From the human T2T-CHM13v2.0 reference genome, Homo sapiens, in NCBI RefSeq assembly GCF_009914755.1, contig NC_060933.1: a stretch of DNA of 64,000 nucleotides; one strand, given 5' to 3'. Positions 27,107-42,900 of this stretch are shown piece by piece; position 1 is the first letter of the stretch, and every line of letters begins with the position of its first letter. Below the pieces are notes generated by a model. It was not told the DNA's origin, searched no databases, and saw only the letters and a list, made by a program, of their open reading frames with translations. Made by a program: the position numbers and the translations under genes.

Positions 27107-30100
27107 GGGTTAAACTCTATGATTAAAGATGAAGAGTTTCAGATTGACGGACTGATTCTTACCTAATCATATAGTGTCAAAAAACTTACTAACAAATTGA
27201 AAAAAATGGGCAGAACTATGAGATGACAAAGAAATATCAAATGTTGAAAAATAGAAAAACTATAATGTATAGTAAAAGTTAGACAATCAAAAAATTAACA
27301 GATGAATATCTTTCAAAATATTTTTCTATATTTTCATTAGAATATCATACTCAAAGCTTATATTAACTTATTATTTTCTAATTATGGACACTAGATTGAT
27401 GAATATAAAAGTTCAAATCTTTGGGTACAATGTCTTAAGAAACATAATGAAACCAATATCCTGCAGTAGTTAAAAATTAAACACAAATGTTATCATGCTT
27501 AAATTATGAATATAATTAAATTATAGTAATTTAATTTGAAAATATGAGTAGTATTTGTGTTTAGATAATTGAGTCACTTTAAAAATTGCTACAATTGTGG
27601 CCAGTCTTTTCATAAAAGAAATCCTGTGAAGCAGCCTGAAACGAGAGGACGCTGACTTTGATCTAGGATCTTGTTATATTGCTAGAAAATGTTTACAGAT
27701 GGGATGAACACTGTGATTTTGAATAGCCGTAGGTTTCTTGGGATAGCACATCATTAACTCAGCAATTGCTCCTCCAAATGCCCACAGAAATACGCCGGGA
27801 AACCCTTGTTCTCCCAGTGGCTATGGATCATCTTCTTATCTACTGTGTCTAGGAGTGACAAAAATATGAAAAAAATCTTACTTTATTTTATTTATGTATC
27901 TTAAGATTTTCTTCATGGTAAACTTAAGTTACAAGAAATAACCTAATCTTTAGTTTCACTTTCAAAAAAATGAAGACCATCAATAGAGTTAAATATGCAA
28001 GTAATTATAAAATACATTTTATTATTTTTTTGCTTCTTTTTTAAAAAACGTAAATAACTTTTTCATGATACAGTGACAAAATATTGAATAATTGATAGTA
28101 TTTCTGGAATACAAATGTATAACCAAAGTAACACATAGAATGGGTGTGGTCAAATTTCCAGCTTCTGCATATGTCTGGTAATTTTATTCTATGGTGAATA
28201 TTGGGGATGCTACTGTTATAATTTTGTTGTTGTCTGCCTTTCAAAAGTTTTAAGTTTGTCTTAGTTAGAAGGTGACAGTTTAATAAATTTAACTTTAAAT
28301 AATGCTGTTTGAGACTTCTACCTCATGCTTCCTTTTTAAATTTGTATTAGATATCTTTCTCCTTTGGAAAGCAGAATATAATGACATAGGATTACCTGTG
28401 CACCTATACAAGTCCAAACTCACTATTTCATTTTTGGAGCAAATAATAATTAATAACCATAATGTTGGCTTTGAAAATATAAATCAACCTATAAACATAT
28501 CTTGGGAGATTTGATTATATTTACCAGAGTACAAATTCTATGAATCTTGCAATATAGAATAAATAGTATACTGGGTAGATATGGGGAATAGGGAATGTTG
28601 AAATAATGTTTGGAGTGGATATGTTGCTCTCTTCATATTCAAAGATAGAAAGCTGGGACACAGTATAAAACTAGCAGTTTGTGAAAAACAGTGATAAGTA
28701 TATCATGTAAGGCCGTAACAAGAACAGGAATGGAAGAGAGGGAAGTGTCGGTGACATAAATTCTTCAAGTCATAGTGGTAAATAGACTTTGTTTATAACC
28801 AACAAATAAAAAGCTACATATAAAATTATAGTATTTAAAATTGTACTGATAACCATCATCACAGAAGCAGAAATAAAAAATCCTTATTTCCACCACTACC
28901 CAAGGACTCATTCCTCAGAGGAGGTGATATCTATTATCTAAAGAAAATCTACAATTTTTGAATACCGCAGTGAATTAATATAAACAAATCTATGTAGAGA
29001 TACATCCTGGTAAAATTTCAGAAGCCCCAGGATAAAAAGTTATAAACCTCTATAGAGTAAGAGAAAGAAAATGGAGAGAGAAAAAAGAAAAACATTAATT
29101 TACAAGAGTCAGGTTGATACCAGACTTTTAATCACCAAAATCCTGAAGACTAAAATAAAAAGGAGCAATGTTTCAATCTAATGAGTGAAAAATTAATGTC
29201 ATAGTATTTAATCTTCTTGAGTTATCTAATTGAGTGATATTTTATTGGGAGATGTTTGTTTCTAAACTGCTAGTTTATTACAAATGAAAAATAGCTTTAT
29301 ACTAAAAAATAATTTTTCTTGTCACTCAAAGCAATTATTGAACAATTCCGTTGCTGAAGAATGAAACTTAGGGGGAGGTGGAAGAGAGCTGAAATATTTA
29401 TAGTGCAACCAAGAAAATGAGTAAGATGTGAAACAAGAGGTATTTTAAAACAATACAACAGTATTGTGCTAGAACAAGCATGCCAAGAAATAACTGTTAA
29501 AAGATTCTTGCATATATAAACATAAGAAACAGCATCCAGAATGTAGTCATTATAATTTATTCAGTGGTATCTCTGAGGCTCAAAAGTATTCGCTATTTCT
29601 CTAAATACCAGGATCCACAGTGAGCAATAGAAAAATAAAAATAATTCTATCAATAAGTACTTACACAAAAACTCCATTGGAATATATATGAAACATACAG
29701 GAACTTGGAGAATTTCCACAAAACAAGTGCACATTTAGCCATATACACTTTTAAGCTTAAAATGTATTTTCAATAAAGTTCTCTTTTTATCAAATTCTAT
29801 TGTACTCTAAACATATATATATATATCTCATATCCCTCTACACGCTAAAACTTTTCTCTGTCAGTTAGTGACCTAGCTCAGAAAAGTAAATAAAAACAGT
29901 GAACTATGCAACTTAATATTTTGGTAATTACCCCCTGTATAACTTTCAAATGTTTGTGACTACATTTAGCATGCTTTCTTCTGAAATATATTAAATGCCA
30001 GAAATAGGTACCTGTAATATTATTTCTAATTAACTCTTCATAACTGCAAATGCTAAGAAATATTTTGAGATACATATTGTAGTTTATGCATTTTAATAGT

Positions 30101-30969
30101 GTTAATTGAAATTAATTTTCTACTAATATCAGTGAGAAAGACTGAATGCATATATAACTGATCTTGCTTGGGAACACAAATGTATAAATGTCTTTACTAT
30201 GGAGCTGAAGATCCCAAAAAAGAACCTTGGAATGAAAATCTTTTATAGACTTTTATAATTAATTTTAACAGATTGCTTTATAACTAATTTCTCTGACAAT
30301 ACAAGAAATAGTCATAGTAAGAGAAACTGATCAATTTTAAGAATATGTTGGAAAAGTATTGCAGAGCCAAAAACAATCCCATTTTACTGAACTTTGGTTG
30401 CATACCTAAAACTTGGGCTAATGTTGTTAAAATTATTAAGAGGAAATTAAAAACAGGAATTTAAAAACAGTTTTGTTACCTATTTCTGCTACTATATATT
30501 TCACTGTCAACATTTTATTTTATTTTACTTTATTTTAGACTTTATTGTTTTTAGAGCTTTTTTAGGTTCACAGCAAAATTTAGAGATTGCTATATATCTC
30601 CCACTTTTACACATGCACTTACAATATCCCCAATCCCCCATTATCAACATCCCTAAACAGAATGATATTTAGTTATAACTGGTGAACATTCATTGACATA
30701 TCATTATCACCCAGAGACAATAATTTACTTTACGGTTTACTCTTGGTGGTGTACATTCTATGGATTTTGTCAAATGTATAATAGTGTGTATCTACAATTA
30801 TAGTACCATAAATGGTATCATTACTGCCCTAAAACCCTCTGTGTTTCCACTATTTATCCATTCTTCATTCTTAACCTCCTCCAACCCTTGGCAAACACTA
30901 ATTCTTTTACTGTCACCATGGTTTGGCCTTTTCCAAAATGTCATACTTGGAATCATACAGTATGTAGCC

Positions 30970-31437
30970 TGTGATGGCTGATACTGACTGTCAACTCCAT
31001 TGGACTGAAGGATGCAAAGTATTGATCCTGGGTGTGTTTGTGAAGGTGTTGCCAAAGGAGATTAACATTTGAGTCAGTGGGCTGGGAAAGGTAGACCCAT
31101 CCTTAATTTGGGTGGGCACCATCTAATCAGCTGTCAGGATGGCCAGGATATAAAGCACACAGAAAACCCTGAAAAGTCTACACTAGCTTAGCCTCCCAGC
31201 CTTCATCTTTCTCCTGTGCTGGATGCTTCCTGCCCTGGAATATTGGACTCCAAGTTCTACATCTTTGGAACTCAGACTGGCTTCCTTCCTTCTCAGCTTG
31301 CAGACAGCCTGTGTGGGACTTTGTGATCATGTGAGTTAATACTACTTAATAAATTCCATATGTAGATATAGATATAGATATAGATAGATACATAGATCCT
31401 ATTAGTCCTGTCCCTCTAGAGAGCCCTGACTAATACA
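30970..31437 (+). mobile_element. MLT2A (HERV-L) solo LTR with internal (TAGATA)n
   Basis: TGTGATGG..ATACTGA.TGTCAACT start, CCCTGACTAATACA end; TSD TAGCC/TAACC. Confidence 0.92.
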
Positions 31438-32009
31438 TAACCTTTTCAAATTGGGTTATTTCACTTAGTAATATGCATTTAAGATTTCCCTTTGTCTTTC
31501 TATGGCTTGATAGCTCATTTCTTCATAGCACTAAATACTATTTTATTGTCTGGATGTACCAGAGTTTATTTATCCACTTACCTACTAAAAACATCTTGAT
31601 TGCTTCCAAATTTTGGCAATAATAAATGAGGGTTTACCTCTGTGTGTGGGTTTTTGTGTAGACACATGTTTTCAACTTCTTTAGATAAATATCAAAAAGC
31701 ACAAATATTAGATCATATGGTAAAAGTACGTTTAGTTTTGTAAAAAACTGCCAAACTGTCTTCTAAAGTGTCTGTACCATTTTTCATTCTCATCATCAAT
31801 GAATGAGAGTTCCTATTGCTCTGCATCTTTACCAGCTTTTTGTTTTGTCAGTATTCTGGATTTTGGTGATTTTAATAGGAATGTAGTAGTATTCCTTCAG
31901 TTTGCAGTTCCCTGATGAGGAGCATCTCTTTAAGTGCTTACTTTCCATCTGCATATGCTTTTGGTGAGGTGTCTTGTTAAGGCCTTTGGCCTATTTTTAA
32001 TCTTTTTTG

Positions 32010-32205
32010 AGTTTTTATTTTATTTTATTTTTATTTTTATTTTCTCTATTTTTAAGAAACGGTCTTGCTCTGTTGCCCAGGCTGGAATGTGATGGCACAA
32101 TCATGGCTCACTTTAGCCTCAGCCTCCCGGGCTCAAGCGGTCGTCCCACCTCAGCCTTCTGAGTAGCTGAGACCACAGACATCTGCCACCGTGCCTGGAT
32201 AAATT
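32010..32205 (-). mobile_element. Alu right-arm monomer (FRAM or truncated AluJ)
   Basis: Single arm with (TTTTA) tail. Confidence 0.85.
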
Positions 32206-33544
32206 TTTGACCCGTTTTATAATTGAGATGTTTATTTTCTTATTGTTAAGTTTTAAAAGTTCTTTGTATATTTTGGATAATAGTCCTTTAACAGTTGTGT
32301 CTTTTTCAACTATTATCTCACAACCTGTGGCTTATCTTCTCATTTCCTTGACATTATCTTTTGCAGAACAGAAGTTTTTAACTTGAGTGAAGTCCAGCTT
32401 ATTAATTATTTTTAAATGTATTTTGCCTTTGGTGTTACATCTAAGAAGTCATCACAGTGTCCAAGGTCATCTCAGTTTTTTTCTGTGTTATCTCTTAGGA
32501 GTTCTACAGTTTTGCATTTTACATTTGGGTCTATAATCCATTTTAATTTTTGTGAAGGATGTAAGTGCTGTGTCTAATTTAATTATTGCTGCATGCTATG
32601 TCCAGTTCTTTCAGCAACTTAGGTTGAAATGACTATCTTTCCCTCATTGTATTACCTCTTTTTTAATAATTTGACTATATTTATGTAGCACTATTTCTGA
32701 GTTCTCTTTTCTATTTATGACCAATTTGTCTACTTTTTTGCCTATCACACTGTCTTGTTTACTGTAGGTTTAAATTAAGTCTTGAAGTCAAGTAGTATCA
32801 GCACTCCAAATTCTTCTTCATATTTTTTGGCTATACTGAATTTTTTGCCTCTTCGTATAAAATTTAGAGTCACTTTATCAATATCCACAAAATAATTTTC
32901 TGGGATTTTTATTGGCATTCTATTAAATCTATAGATAAAGTTGGAAAAAACTGACATTTTGACAATATTTTTTCTTTAGTCTGTTGATGTGAGATTTGTC
33001 TACATTGTTCTTTCGTTTACATTTACTGCCTTCACAATGCATGAAGCTTAGAAATTAAGTAACAGAAGAGCAAAACATTAAGTTATTGAACTTTGGTTTG
33101 TATTATTAGCAGTGAAAATGTGTAATACATAGTGCATGGAAGACAAAAACTATATAGGACAATAGTATTGTTTTGTTGTTGTATAGATGTGCATGTATGT
33201 GTTATTGCAAAGGGTCAACCTAGAATTCTATATTTAACAGAAACAAGGTATTCTATAGCATCTAACCTCTATTATTTTCTTCTTTACTCAATCTCTTTCT
33301 GGTTGGAAGAAAAAAAAAGTCAGCATTTTGTTCCCAGAAGACAATAGTATGCCTGTTTACAAATGAAGGTGTTTTTGCCATTGGGTCAGAAACTATCAGA
33401 TATTCACTGATGCCTGTTTCCTCTTTTCTCTGGGCATGTAGCATTTCCTACATTCCCTGTAGATAGAGAATCTGAGTTATAATTGTAGTGATATCATGTG
33501 AGTGGTAGTGATTGTTTTTTTCTTTTTGCTTCTTTGCCTAGATG

Positions 33545-33697
33545 TTTTCTTTCTCCTTTTCTTCTTTCTTTCTTTTCTTTCTTTCTTTTTTCTTTCTCTC
33601 TCTTTCTTTATTTCCTTCTTTCTTTCTCTCTCTCTCTTTCTTTCTTTTTTTCTTACTTTCTTTCTTTTCTTTTGTTCTCTGTCTCTCCCTCTGTCTC
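33545..33697. repeat. (TTTC/TC)n pyrimidine tract, the decayed poly-A tail of the U2 retrocopy
   Basis: Directly abuts the U2 3' end. Confidence 0.85.
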
Positions 33698-33873
33698 TTC
33701 CTGGCAGTACTGCAATGCCAAGTTAATGTATGGAGTAGACAAAACAAACTTATGTTCTATCTGCTATTTCCAACGATCCATTTAATATTTTCCTCGGAAA
33801 GAGAACATATAAGATATTTAGCTGATAAGAACAGATAGTATACTTGATCTTAGCCAAAAGGCTGAGAAGTGAT
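33698..33873 (-). pseudogene. U2 snRNA retropseudogene (possibly RNU2-47P)
   Basis: Reverse complement ATCACTTCTCAGCCTTTTGGCTAAGATCAAGTATACTATCTGTTCTTATCAG...GCATTGCAGTACTGCCAGGAA aligns to nearly all of U2; branch-pairing and Sm sites are mutated. Confidence 0.95.
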
Positions 33874-34989
33874 TTCTTCCTTTTGCTAGATGCAATCTCT
33901 GATGACAAGGTTCTAAGAGGTGGTGGACCCTCAGAGGTAAATAGCCAAGGTCTTTGAGTTAGTACTTATAGGAGAGGGATAGATTGTCATCCAATCTGAA
34001 CTGTAAATTAGGACCATTACATGGGAAAATTATACAATTATATTTTATTAAGCCACTACAATTTTGAAGTTTTTTAGATAATTCAGTCAAGACTCCTAGA
34101 CAATACAACCACAATATGCTTGGCTACACAGAGTTGAGCAATCATAGCTATACATATATCTAATCAAGATTGTAATATTAAGTATGATATTTGAACAAAT
34201 GTGACAGAGGTGTCACCTATATTATAATTAGTATGTCTGGCCAGATATAGCTAATAAAACATTGTGATGATGCTGACATGACTATATTATCAGCCGTCAG
34301 CAACTATAATACATAGAAGAGAATAAATGATAACCCAGATGTTGATGATATAAGCACAATTCAGAGAAACACATTTTATAAGCCATTTATCATAAACCAT
34401 TTAATGCATGTTTATGTGTATTAAGGCTCTAACTTAATTATTTTTTAAATGTTTGTAAGTTAAACATAGCATTTACTTATTCCTTGGTTTAGGAAAAAAT
34501 AGTTTGTAGTAAAGTCATGCTAGCAGATACTCATATAGAGAAACAGAGACCTAAATAATTTGGACCAACCTCCCTGCTAAGAATAGCTAGAAAGACAGGA
34601 AATATTTTTGTTTTTTTGTTTTGTTTTGTTTTTTAAACTCATTAGATGGAAACAGGAAACTAATAAGGCAGTGAAGGAGCATAGAAATAAAAAAAAAAAA
34701 GTAGTACTGGTATTTTTGTCTACTTTTCCCCTAGAAGCATCTAGTAATTCCAGAAAAGGAAGCTGATATATAAAAAAGTTAAACAGATGCTTTGACAGCC
34801 TAGAGGAAATAGGGAATGAAAAAAAAAATGGAGTCCAGAAAAATGGCAAGTAGAAGAAGCTTTTAAACCCCCTATACTTTATATTAAGACCATAAAATGA
34901 TAATTTATACTGGTGAGAATGAATCAGAAATATACTGGCATGTTCAAAAACAGCAGCCCTGCTTTAAATAATCTAAACTTTTCTGAACA

Positions 34990-36230
34990 GATGAAGGTTA
35001 TCTTGGTTTGCTATTGCCCTTGACATACAATGAAAGTAAACAAGCACCCTCTTTACACGGATGTAAATTAATTCTACTCCTTGAAATATCTCTACAATTC
35101 TTATATATGCTGTTCACTATTACTTTACCCCTCACTTGGAAGGAAACAAAACTCATTATTATTACAAAGCAAAACACAATAAAAGATAAAAATAGACCTA
35201 GAAGAGGTCCAGAAAATGTAATTATGTAGATAATGCTTAACATGTTCAAAAAGATAGAAGATAAGATAGACAAATTTGGCAGAGAACTGAAAAGTATGTA
35301 AATCAATAAAATAAATGTGTTTAACAAAAGAATACCCTAAGCTGAAGAGAGAATAATGAGCTGGAAGATAGGCTTGAAGAAAATATCCAGAATGAATATA
35401 TGAAGTAAAAACTGAATAACAACTAAGGGAGAGAGGATAATACTTAGTTACAGTTACGTGGTCTAATCTGGGTAACTGGAGACTGAAAAATAGGAGAGAG
35501 AAAATAAGGCTGAATCGTTGAAGAAACAATGCCTGAGGATTATCAAAACAGATGAAAGATAGCCAGCTAAAGCCTTAGAATCCAAATAAGAATGAGGGGA
35601 AAACAAACTAGTGTAGATTTATCATAATTCAGCTACCAAGTAAAGGCATAGAAGAGTATACAAGGCAGCCAGGAATTGAAAAATAAGGATATCAGAGAGA
35701 ATAAGAATAGAGTAAGTGAGCTCAAGCTTCTCTGAAGATTTTTTCTTAAATTTATACCTAATTTTCAGTAGGCTGAGCAACTAAATAGAATTCTTGAACC
35801 AGAGTCTTTGGAAGATTCATGTGAATCGGAAAGTAAAGTCAAAGTTTAGCTATACTAAGACAGTCACAACTTGAGGGAAAAAGACTATGTAGAAAAAAGA
35901 ACTTCAGAAAAATGAGGTCAAAATCTGGTCTGTGTCATCCCACTAAAGTATTTTTATTCTTAGACTGTGCATGAGGCTAAGAAGCAGTGAAACTAAGAAC
36001 ATTCACCAATCCCTTTGTGCTAGGAACACAAAGATTAGAGTTAAAAGACCACAAGGTCATTATTCAAGACCTCATATGGGACACATTTTAAGAGTAAGGG
36101 CAAACCACAAATAATAAACCTTAATAAAACTAAATGCAGCCCCTAATTATTACTATCTCTACTTCAAACAATGTAATCAGACTATATAGAACCTTTCATT
36201 GTAGGAAGATGAAATCAGTGAAACCCGCTA
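34990..36230 (+). mobile_element. Very old L1M ORF1/5' region fragments
   Basis: A-rich L1 ORF1-like phrases (cagagaactgaaa, aataatgagctggaagatagg). Confidence 0.5.
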
Positions 36231-36522
36231 GAACAGCACTTTCCAGTGAAACTATGTATTATGGTAGAAGCTGTACTGTCAACAAGTGTAGCCACTAGCC
36301 ATACAGATTATGGAGTTTTCAGGTACAAGTAACTTGATTTATTATGGAAGTTATCCAGAGAGACAGAGAAGAGCAGGGAAGAAGTAGGTTAAGAAAGAGA
36401 AAGGGGCCAAGCAAGGGTGTCATTTCAAGTAAAATTCCCATGTCAGCCTGATGCCACAGGAAACTTTGACACATAAATTGCACCAAGGAATTTGTTCTAC
36501 TTCAAAGAAGACCCTACAATGT

Positions 36523-38583
<2,061 letters not shown>

Positions 38584-40204
38584 TTATTTAGGATTTTTCA
38601 TTTATACATGAGCCATTCTATGTATTTCAGGGAAGAATTTGAATCTTACACTATAGTTATAATAGAAGAGCTGGGAGACCAAAGAATAGGGAGGGTGTGT
38701 CTGTTTTTTAGAAAATTGGAAAGTGCAAGAGTTTCAAGGGAGGCATCACAGGTGACAGCAGCTTCTGAAAAACAGAGTGTGTCATTCTCAGAGATATGTC
38801 TAAACAGTCCTGGCAAAACTCTATGTCTGTCATATACAAATGCCATATGCCTATTCTAAGCTTTCGCCAAAGAATAGTGCTTTTGCTCATTTTGCTTTCC
38901 ATCTCATCCAAGTTCTTCTAATTAGCTAACCCTAACTAAAACTCTGCTGGAAAACAAGGAGGGAAAAGTAATTTCTAGTCTTTCAACCCTTTGACACAGA
39001 GGAAATTTTAGAAGTTGGAATAAAACTTCATATCAAATAAAGTTTCTGGACACATTTTCCAATTATATTGTTTACTTTTTTTGCTGTCTGCCTGATGGAT
39101 TTCTCTTTATCTTCTGAACCCTAACTGTGGGTTTGAAAATAAATAACACAGTGTCATTTTTTGTAGCATCTCCTAATAAATGTAAACCTTGGTTAAGGAG
39201 GACTCTGAAAGGAAAGGGATGCTGTGGAAATGTAGCATAGTTTAGAAATACCAATTTTGAAAAAAAAGTCCTAGCTCTTCAGGAATTATGTCACATAGAA
39301 CAAGTTTTTAAATATCTTTAGCATGCTGCCATGCACAGAGATATTTCTTAATAAATGTTATGGTTATGTCTATTATCCTCTTCATCAATATCCAAGTTTA
39401 ACTTCTCTGAAAAAGAGACCCTTGATTCAATATACAGATTTGAGTCATTGAGTTCAAATAGCTCAATTTAATATCACATGGATTCTTTCTTAAGTCAGAA
39501 CTTTGTAAAGCTAACAGAGAGATTTCTTGAGAATAACTGAACCCATAATCTCTCTTAAAAGAGCTATAAATATTTTATTTTACCTCATCTTGGCCTTTAG
39601 ATAAAAGAAAGTACTATCTCTATCTACACTGATACATTTTTCCTTACTCTTCTAGAAATAAGTCAGTAAAAATTTATTTTTCTTCAGTCCCAAAAAGAGT
39701 GCCTGTTATGGCTCATCAAGTAAAGGATATTTCACAAAGAAGGGATGGTTTTAATCGCTCCTGTTGTTCCAAATAATCTAAATTCCAGGTGGCATAATTT
39801 GCTTCCATGAAGCTAGATTTTTAATTGAAATTGGAAATCTTCCATATCCTTCTCCACCAAAATGTTTCATTTCTACAAAGCATAAGAGGTGACTTGGAAA
39901 TTTCTTGACCCAGTCTTATTTTCAATCCATTATTAAATTAAAAAAAAATCAGTTAAGAGCTCAGTGAAAAAGATAAACACACATCTTCCTTGGCTTCTTT
40001 TTAGCTTTGGTTAAAGGACTTGTCCTCATGATCCATTTTATCTCATGGAATCTTACCCCAAGCTTTGGGGCCAACATTTATTAATACAAAATGTACTTTC
40101 AGAATGTATGGTTCTATTTTATATATTCCTCTCAGACCCTGAAAGAAAAAGGCACATTCGGAGCTATTCAAGTATTTCTGATGTCCTTTGGCCAAGTAAC
40201 TTTG

Positions 40205-40570
40205 GTATTGGTTTCCTAGGGCTGCTCTAAGAACCATAACCGAGTGATTTAAAATAATATAAATTTATTCTCTCACAGTTTTGGATACTGAAAGTTCAAC
40301 ATCATGGTCCAACAGGGTTGCTTGCTTCTGAAGGCTGTGAGGGAGAATCTATTTCATTTTCCCTTTCTAGCTCCTGGTGGTTTGCTGGCAATTTTTGATG
40401 TTCCTTGGTTTGAAGATGCCTCTCTTCAATCTCTTCCTTCATAATCCATGACATTGCCCCTGTAATTGTTTGTCTCAGTGCTCGTTTCCCCTTTTTATAA
40501 GAACAGAGTCATAATGGATTAGGACACACCTTAATGACATCACGTTAATTTGATCATCTGCAACGACCAA
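40205..40570 (-). mobile_element. MLT1B/C-like MaLR LTR fragment
   Basis: tttcctagggctgct...aaatttattctctcacagtt...gaaggctgtgagggagaatct. Confidence 0.8.
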
Positions 40571-40823
40571 AAGTTTAGGACAGATGTTTTGTTGAATATG
40601 ATCCTACTACCCATCTTTCAGTTTATTCCTTTTGTCCTTCATATAGTAAAGGCTGGATCTTAAATATCCGGTTTAATTTCAAGATAGAAACAAAATGTCT
40701 ACAAAGAAATACATAAATTATAATAATAATATATATTTATTTAACTATATCAAATAAATTAATAGCTTTATTTTAAAAAGAAAGGTACCTCCCCACACTG
40801 TAGCTGTCAACAAGAGTTCTAGC

Positions 40824-40979
40824 GGGGTGAGGGGAGGGGGGAGGGATAGCTTTAGGAGATATACCTAATGCTAAATGATGAGTTAATGGATGCAGCACAC
40901 CAACATGGCACATGTATACATATGTAACAAATCTGCACGTTGTGCACATGTACCCTAAAATTTAAAGTATAAAAAAAAA
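40824..40979 (+). mobile_element. Very short young L1PA 3' end
   Basis: G-rich L1 3'UTR with poly-A; perfect TSD GAGTTCTAGC (40814-23; 40981-90). Confidence 0.95.
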
Positions 40980-41249
40980 TGAGTTCTAGCACCTCCATAG
41001 AGACAATAAATGTGGCAGTGAGCCAGACTCCCATAGGGCACTACAGAAGAAATCCTTGCGGAATCCGAGGCATGGAAAGGGCTGCCTCTTCATTAGAGGA
41101 GTTTAGAAAATTTCTGTGCACCATTCTTATGCCCGTGCACAAAATTGTGTCTTCTTCCTAAGGTGCCAGGTATGAAAAACAATTGACATTTCCCTGGTAC
41201 AAAAAACCTGACTGCAAATGAACATAGAATAATCACTATAGTAAAATTA

Positions 41250-41375
41250 AAAGTCAAATGAGGGGATCAATAATGGAGGAACACTATCAGACTCTCCCAA
41301 AAATAAAAGTTAAAAATCAAATGAGGGGATCAGTAATGGAAGAAAACTATCAGACTCTCCCAAAAAGAAAAGTAA
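41250..41375. repeat. 63-bp tandem duplication (2 copies)
   Basis: caaatgaggggatca.taatgga...actatcagactctcccaaaaa.aaaagt begins at 41255 and 41318. Confidence 0.92.
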
Positions 41376-41469
41376 CTCCTCAAGAACTGAGGAGTTATTA
41401 GCAAATATGCCCACAATATTGAGAGGAGGAACTGAAACCATAATAAAATAAAACACACGAAGAGATAAC

Positions 41470-41610
41470 TGGGGAGACAAACTGCCCAGGTTTAATTCCC
41501 AATTCCACCATTTGTGTGTTATTAGGAACTTTTTTTACCTGCTGTGTTTCTCAGTTTTCCCCATCTGTGAAGTAGGGATAATTATAGAACCTGTCTCATT
41601 AGGTTGTTAT
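41470..41610. mobile_element. MIR
   Basis: ctcagttttccccatctgtgaagtagggataattatagaacct core. Confidence 0.75.
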
Positions 41611-41699
41611 CAACAAGCACCAAAGATCTAATATACGGGTAATCATTTATGTTCATAAAAAAATAAACAGAAATAAATAACAAGAATAGAGCCAAAAAT

Positions 41700-42890
41700 A
41701 TTACATACATTTAAAAATGTTTTAAAATGCAAACTATTACATAATCTATAAGTAAAAGTGCAATTATTATAAAAATTAACAAACTTTTTTAACTGAGAAA
41801 TAAGAAAATAAGAATATATCTAGATGTGTGTGATACAGCTATATTCATAGCCATATGAAAATGTATAGTTTTAGATATTTCTATTAGAAAAGAAAAAGAT
41901 GAAAAGTAGTGAGTTAAGATTCTGAATCCAAAAAATAGAAAAGAAATAACAAAATAAGTCCAAATAAAGTGGAAGGAAGGAAGGAATAGAATTAAAAGCA
42001 GAGATATGTGAAAACAAAGAAACAGTAGAAAACATCAAGAAGAACAAAAGCTGCATTTTTAAAAGAAAAAATGTATAAATTAGTAATATTAGACATTAGA
42101 AGACACAACTGAAAACAGGTGAATAATGTAACAACAATTTATAAGCAAATAGATAAATTTCTAACAAAATATACAGTTAGAATATGTTACTTAAAGTAGG
42201 GTAACTATAGCTCACAAGAACGTATAGCATATTTAAAAGCAGCAGGAAAAGAAGATTTGGAAAGTTCCCTGGACAAAGAAATAATAAATGTTTAAGGTGA
42301 CAAATATCCCAATTATCCTGATCCAATGTAGGCATGTATCAAAAAATGTACCTCATAAATATGTAAAACTATTATATATTAATTAATTAGTGAAATGAAT
42401 TTAAAAGGAAATCTGATTCAAATGATTACTGTTTAAGGGTTTAAATGCATAGTCTAAAATTAAAGTAAAAATAACTATTATTAGGCTACATTTAATAAAG
42501 TTAATAAACTTCCAGAAGCAAAAAAAATTAATAAAGAAAAAGAAATGGATAAAGAAAAATTATTTCATATATAAACTTCCAGATACTGTTTAGATTCATT
42601 TTATGAAAATAATTTTTACTAGCTAAAAAACAGGACATTGAATGTATGGACAGAAATGTATGAATGTTTCCCAAGGATAAGAAAACATAAGAAAACTAAA
42701 CTCGAAGTCATGTTTAAATAGAAGTAAGAAAATAAATAAATAAAAAATTGGAGACAGTATCATTCATAAATTAATAATACATTCTTATCCAATATGGGAT
42801 TATTCAGGAAGTGCAAAGATCATTTACTATTAGAATGCTCTCTAATGCAATTTATCACATTAACTGTTAAAGCTATTGCATGTATTTTTT
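41700..42890 (+). mobile_element. Old L1M ORF2 fragments with an L1MA 3' piece (~42190-42385); host sequence continues ~49400-49830
   Basis: A-rich ORF2-like phrases; caaagaaataataaatgtttaaggtga..atatcccaatta. Confidence 0.6.
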
Positions 42891-42900
42891 TCATTGAATA

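Larger units (their letters stand above)
30520..32970 (-). mobile_element. Old L1M (MB/MC-type) 3' region with nested MLT2A and Alu monomer
   Basis: L1 3'UTR motifs; ORF 32775-32957 translates to ORF2-like IYRFN..PIKIP..F..IDK...L.DFKT. Confidence 0.85.
33360..34110 (+). mobile_element. Old MLT1-like LTR hosting the U2 retrocopy
   Basis: catttcctacattccct...catgtga on the left; tattttattaagccact on the right. Confidence 0.45.

Noticed and set aside
33498-33838. Phe/Ser/Leu-rich and Lys/Glu/Arg-rich ORFs
   Set aside because: Translations of the TC microsatellite.
33698-33873. Functional U2 snRNA gene
   Set aside because: Branch-pairing and Sm motifs are mutated, the 3' end is missing, and it has a retroposition tail.
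41250-41375. CRISPR-like or other repeat-spacer array
   Set aside because: Only two adjacent copies, no spacers, and the context is mammalian.
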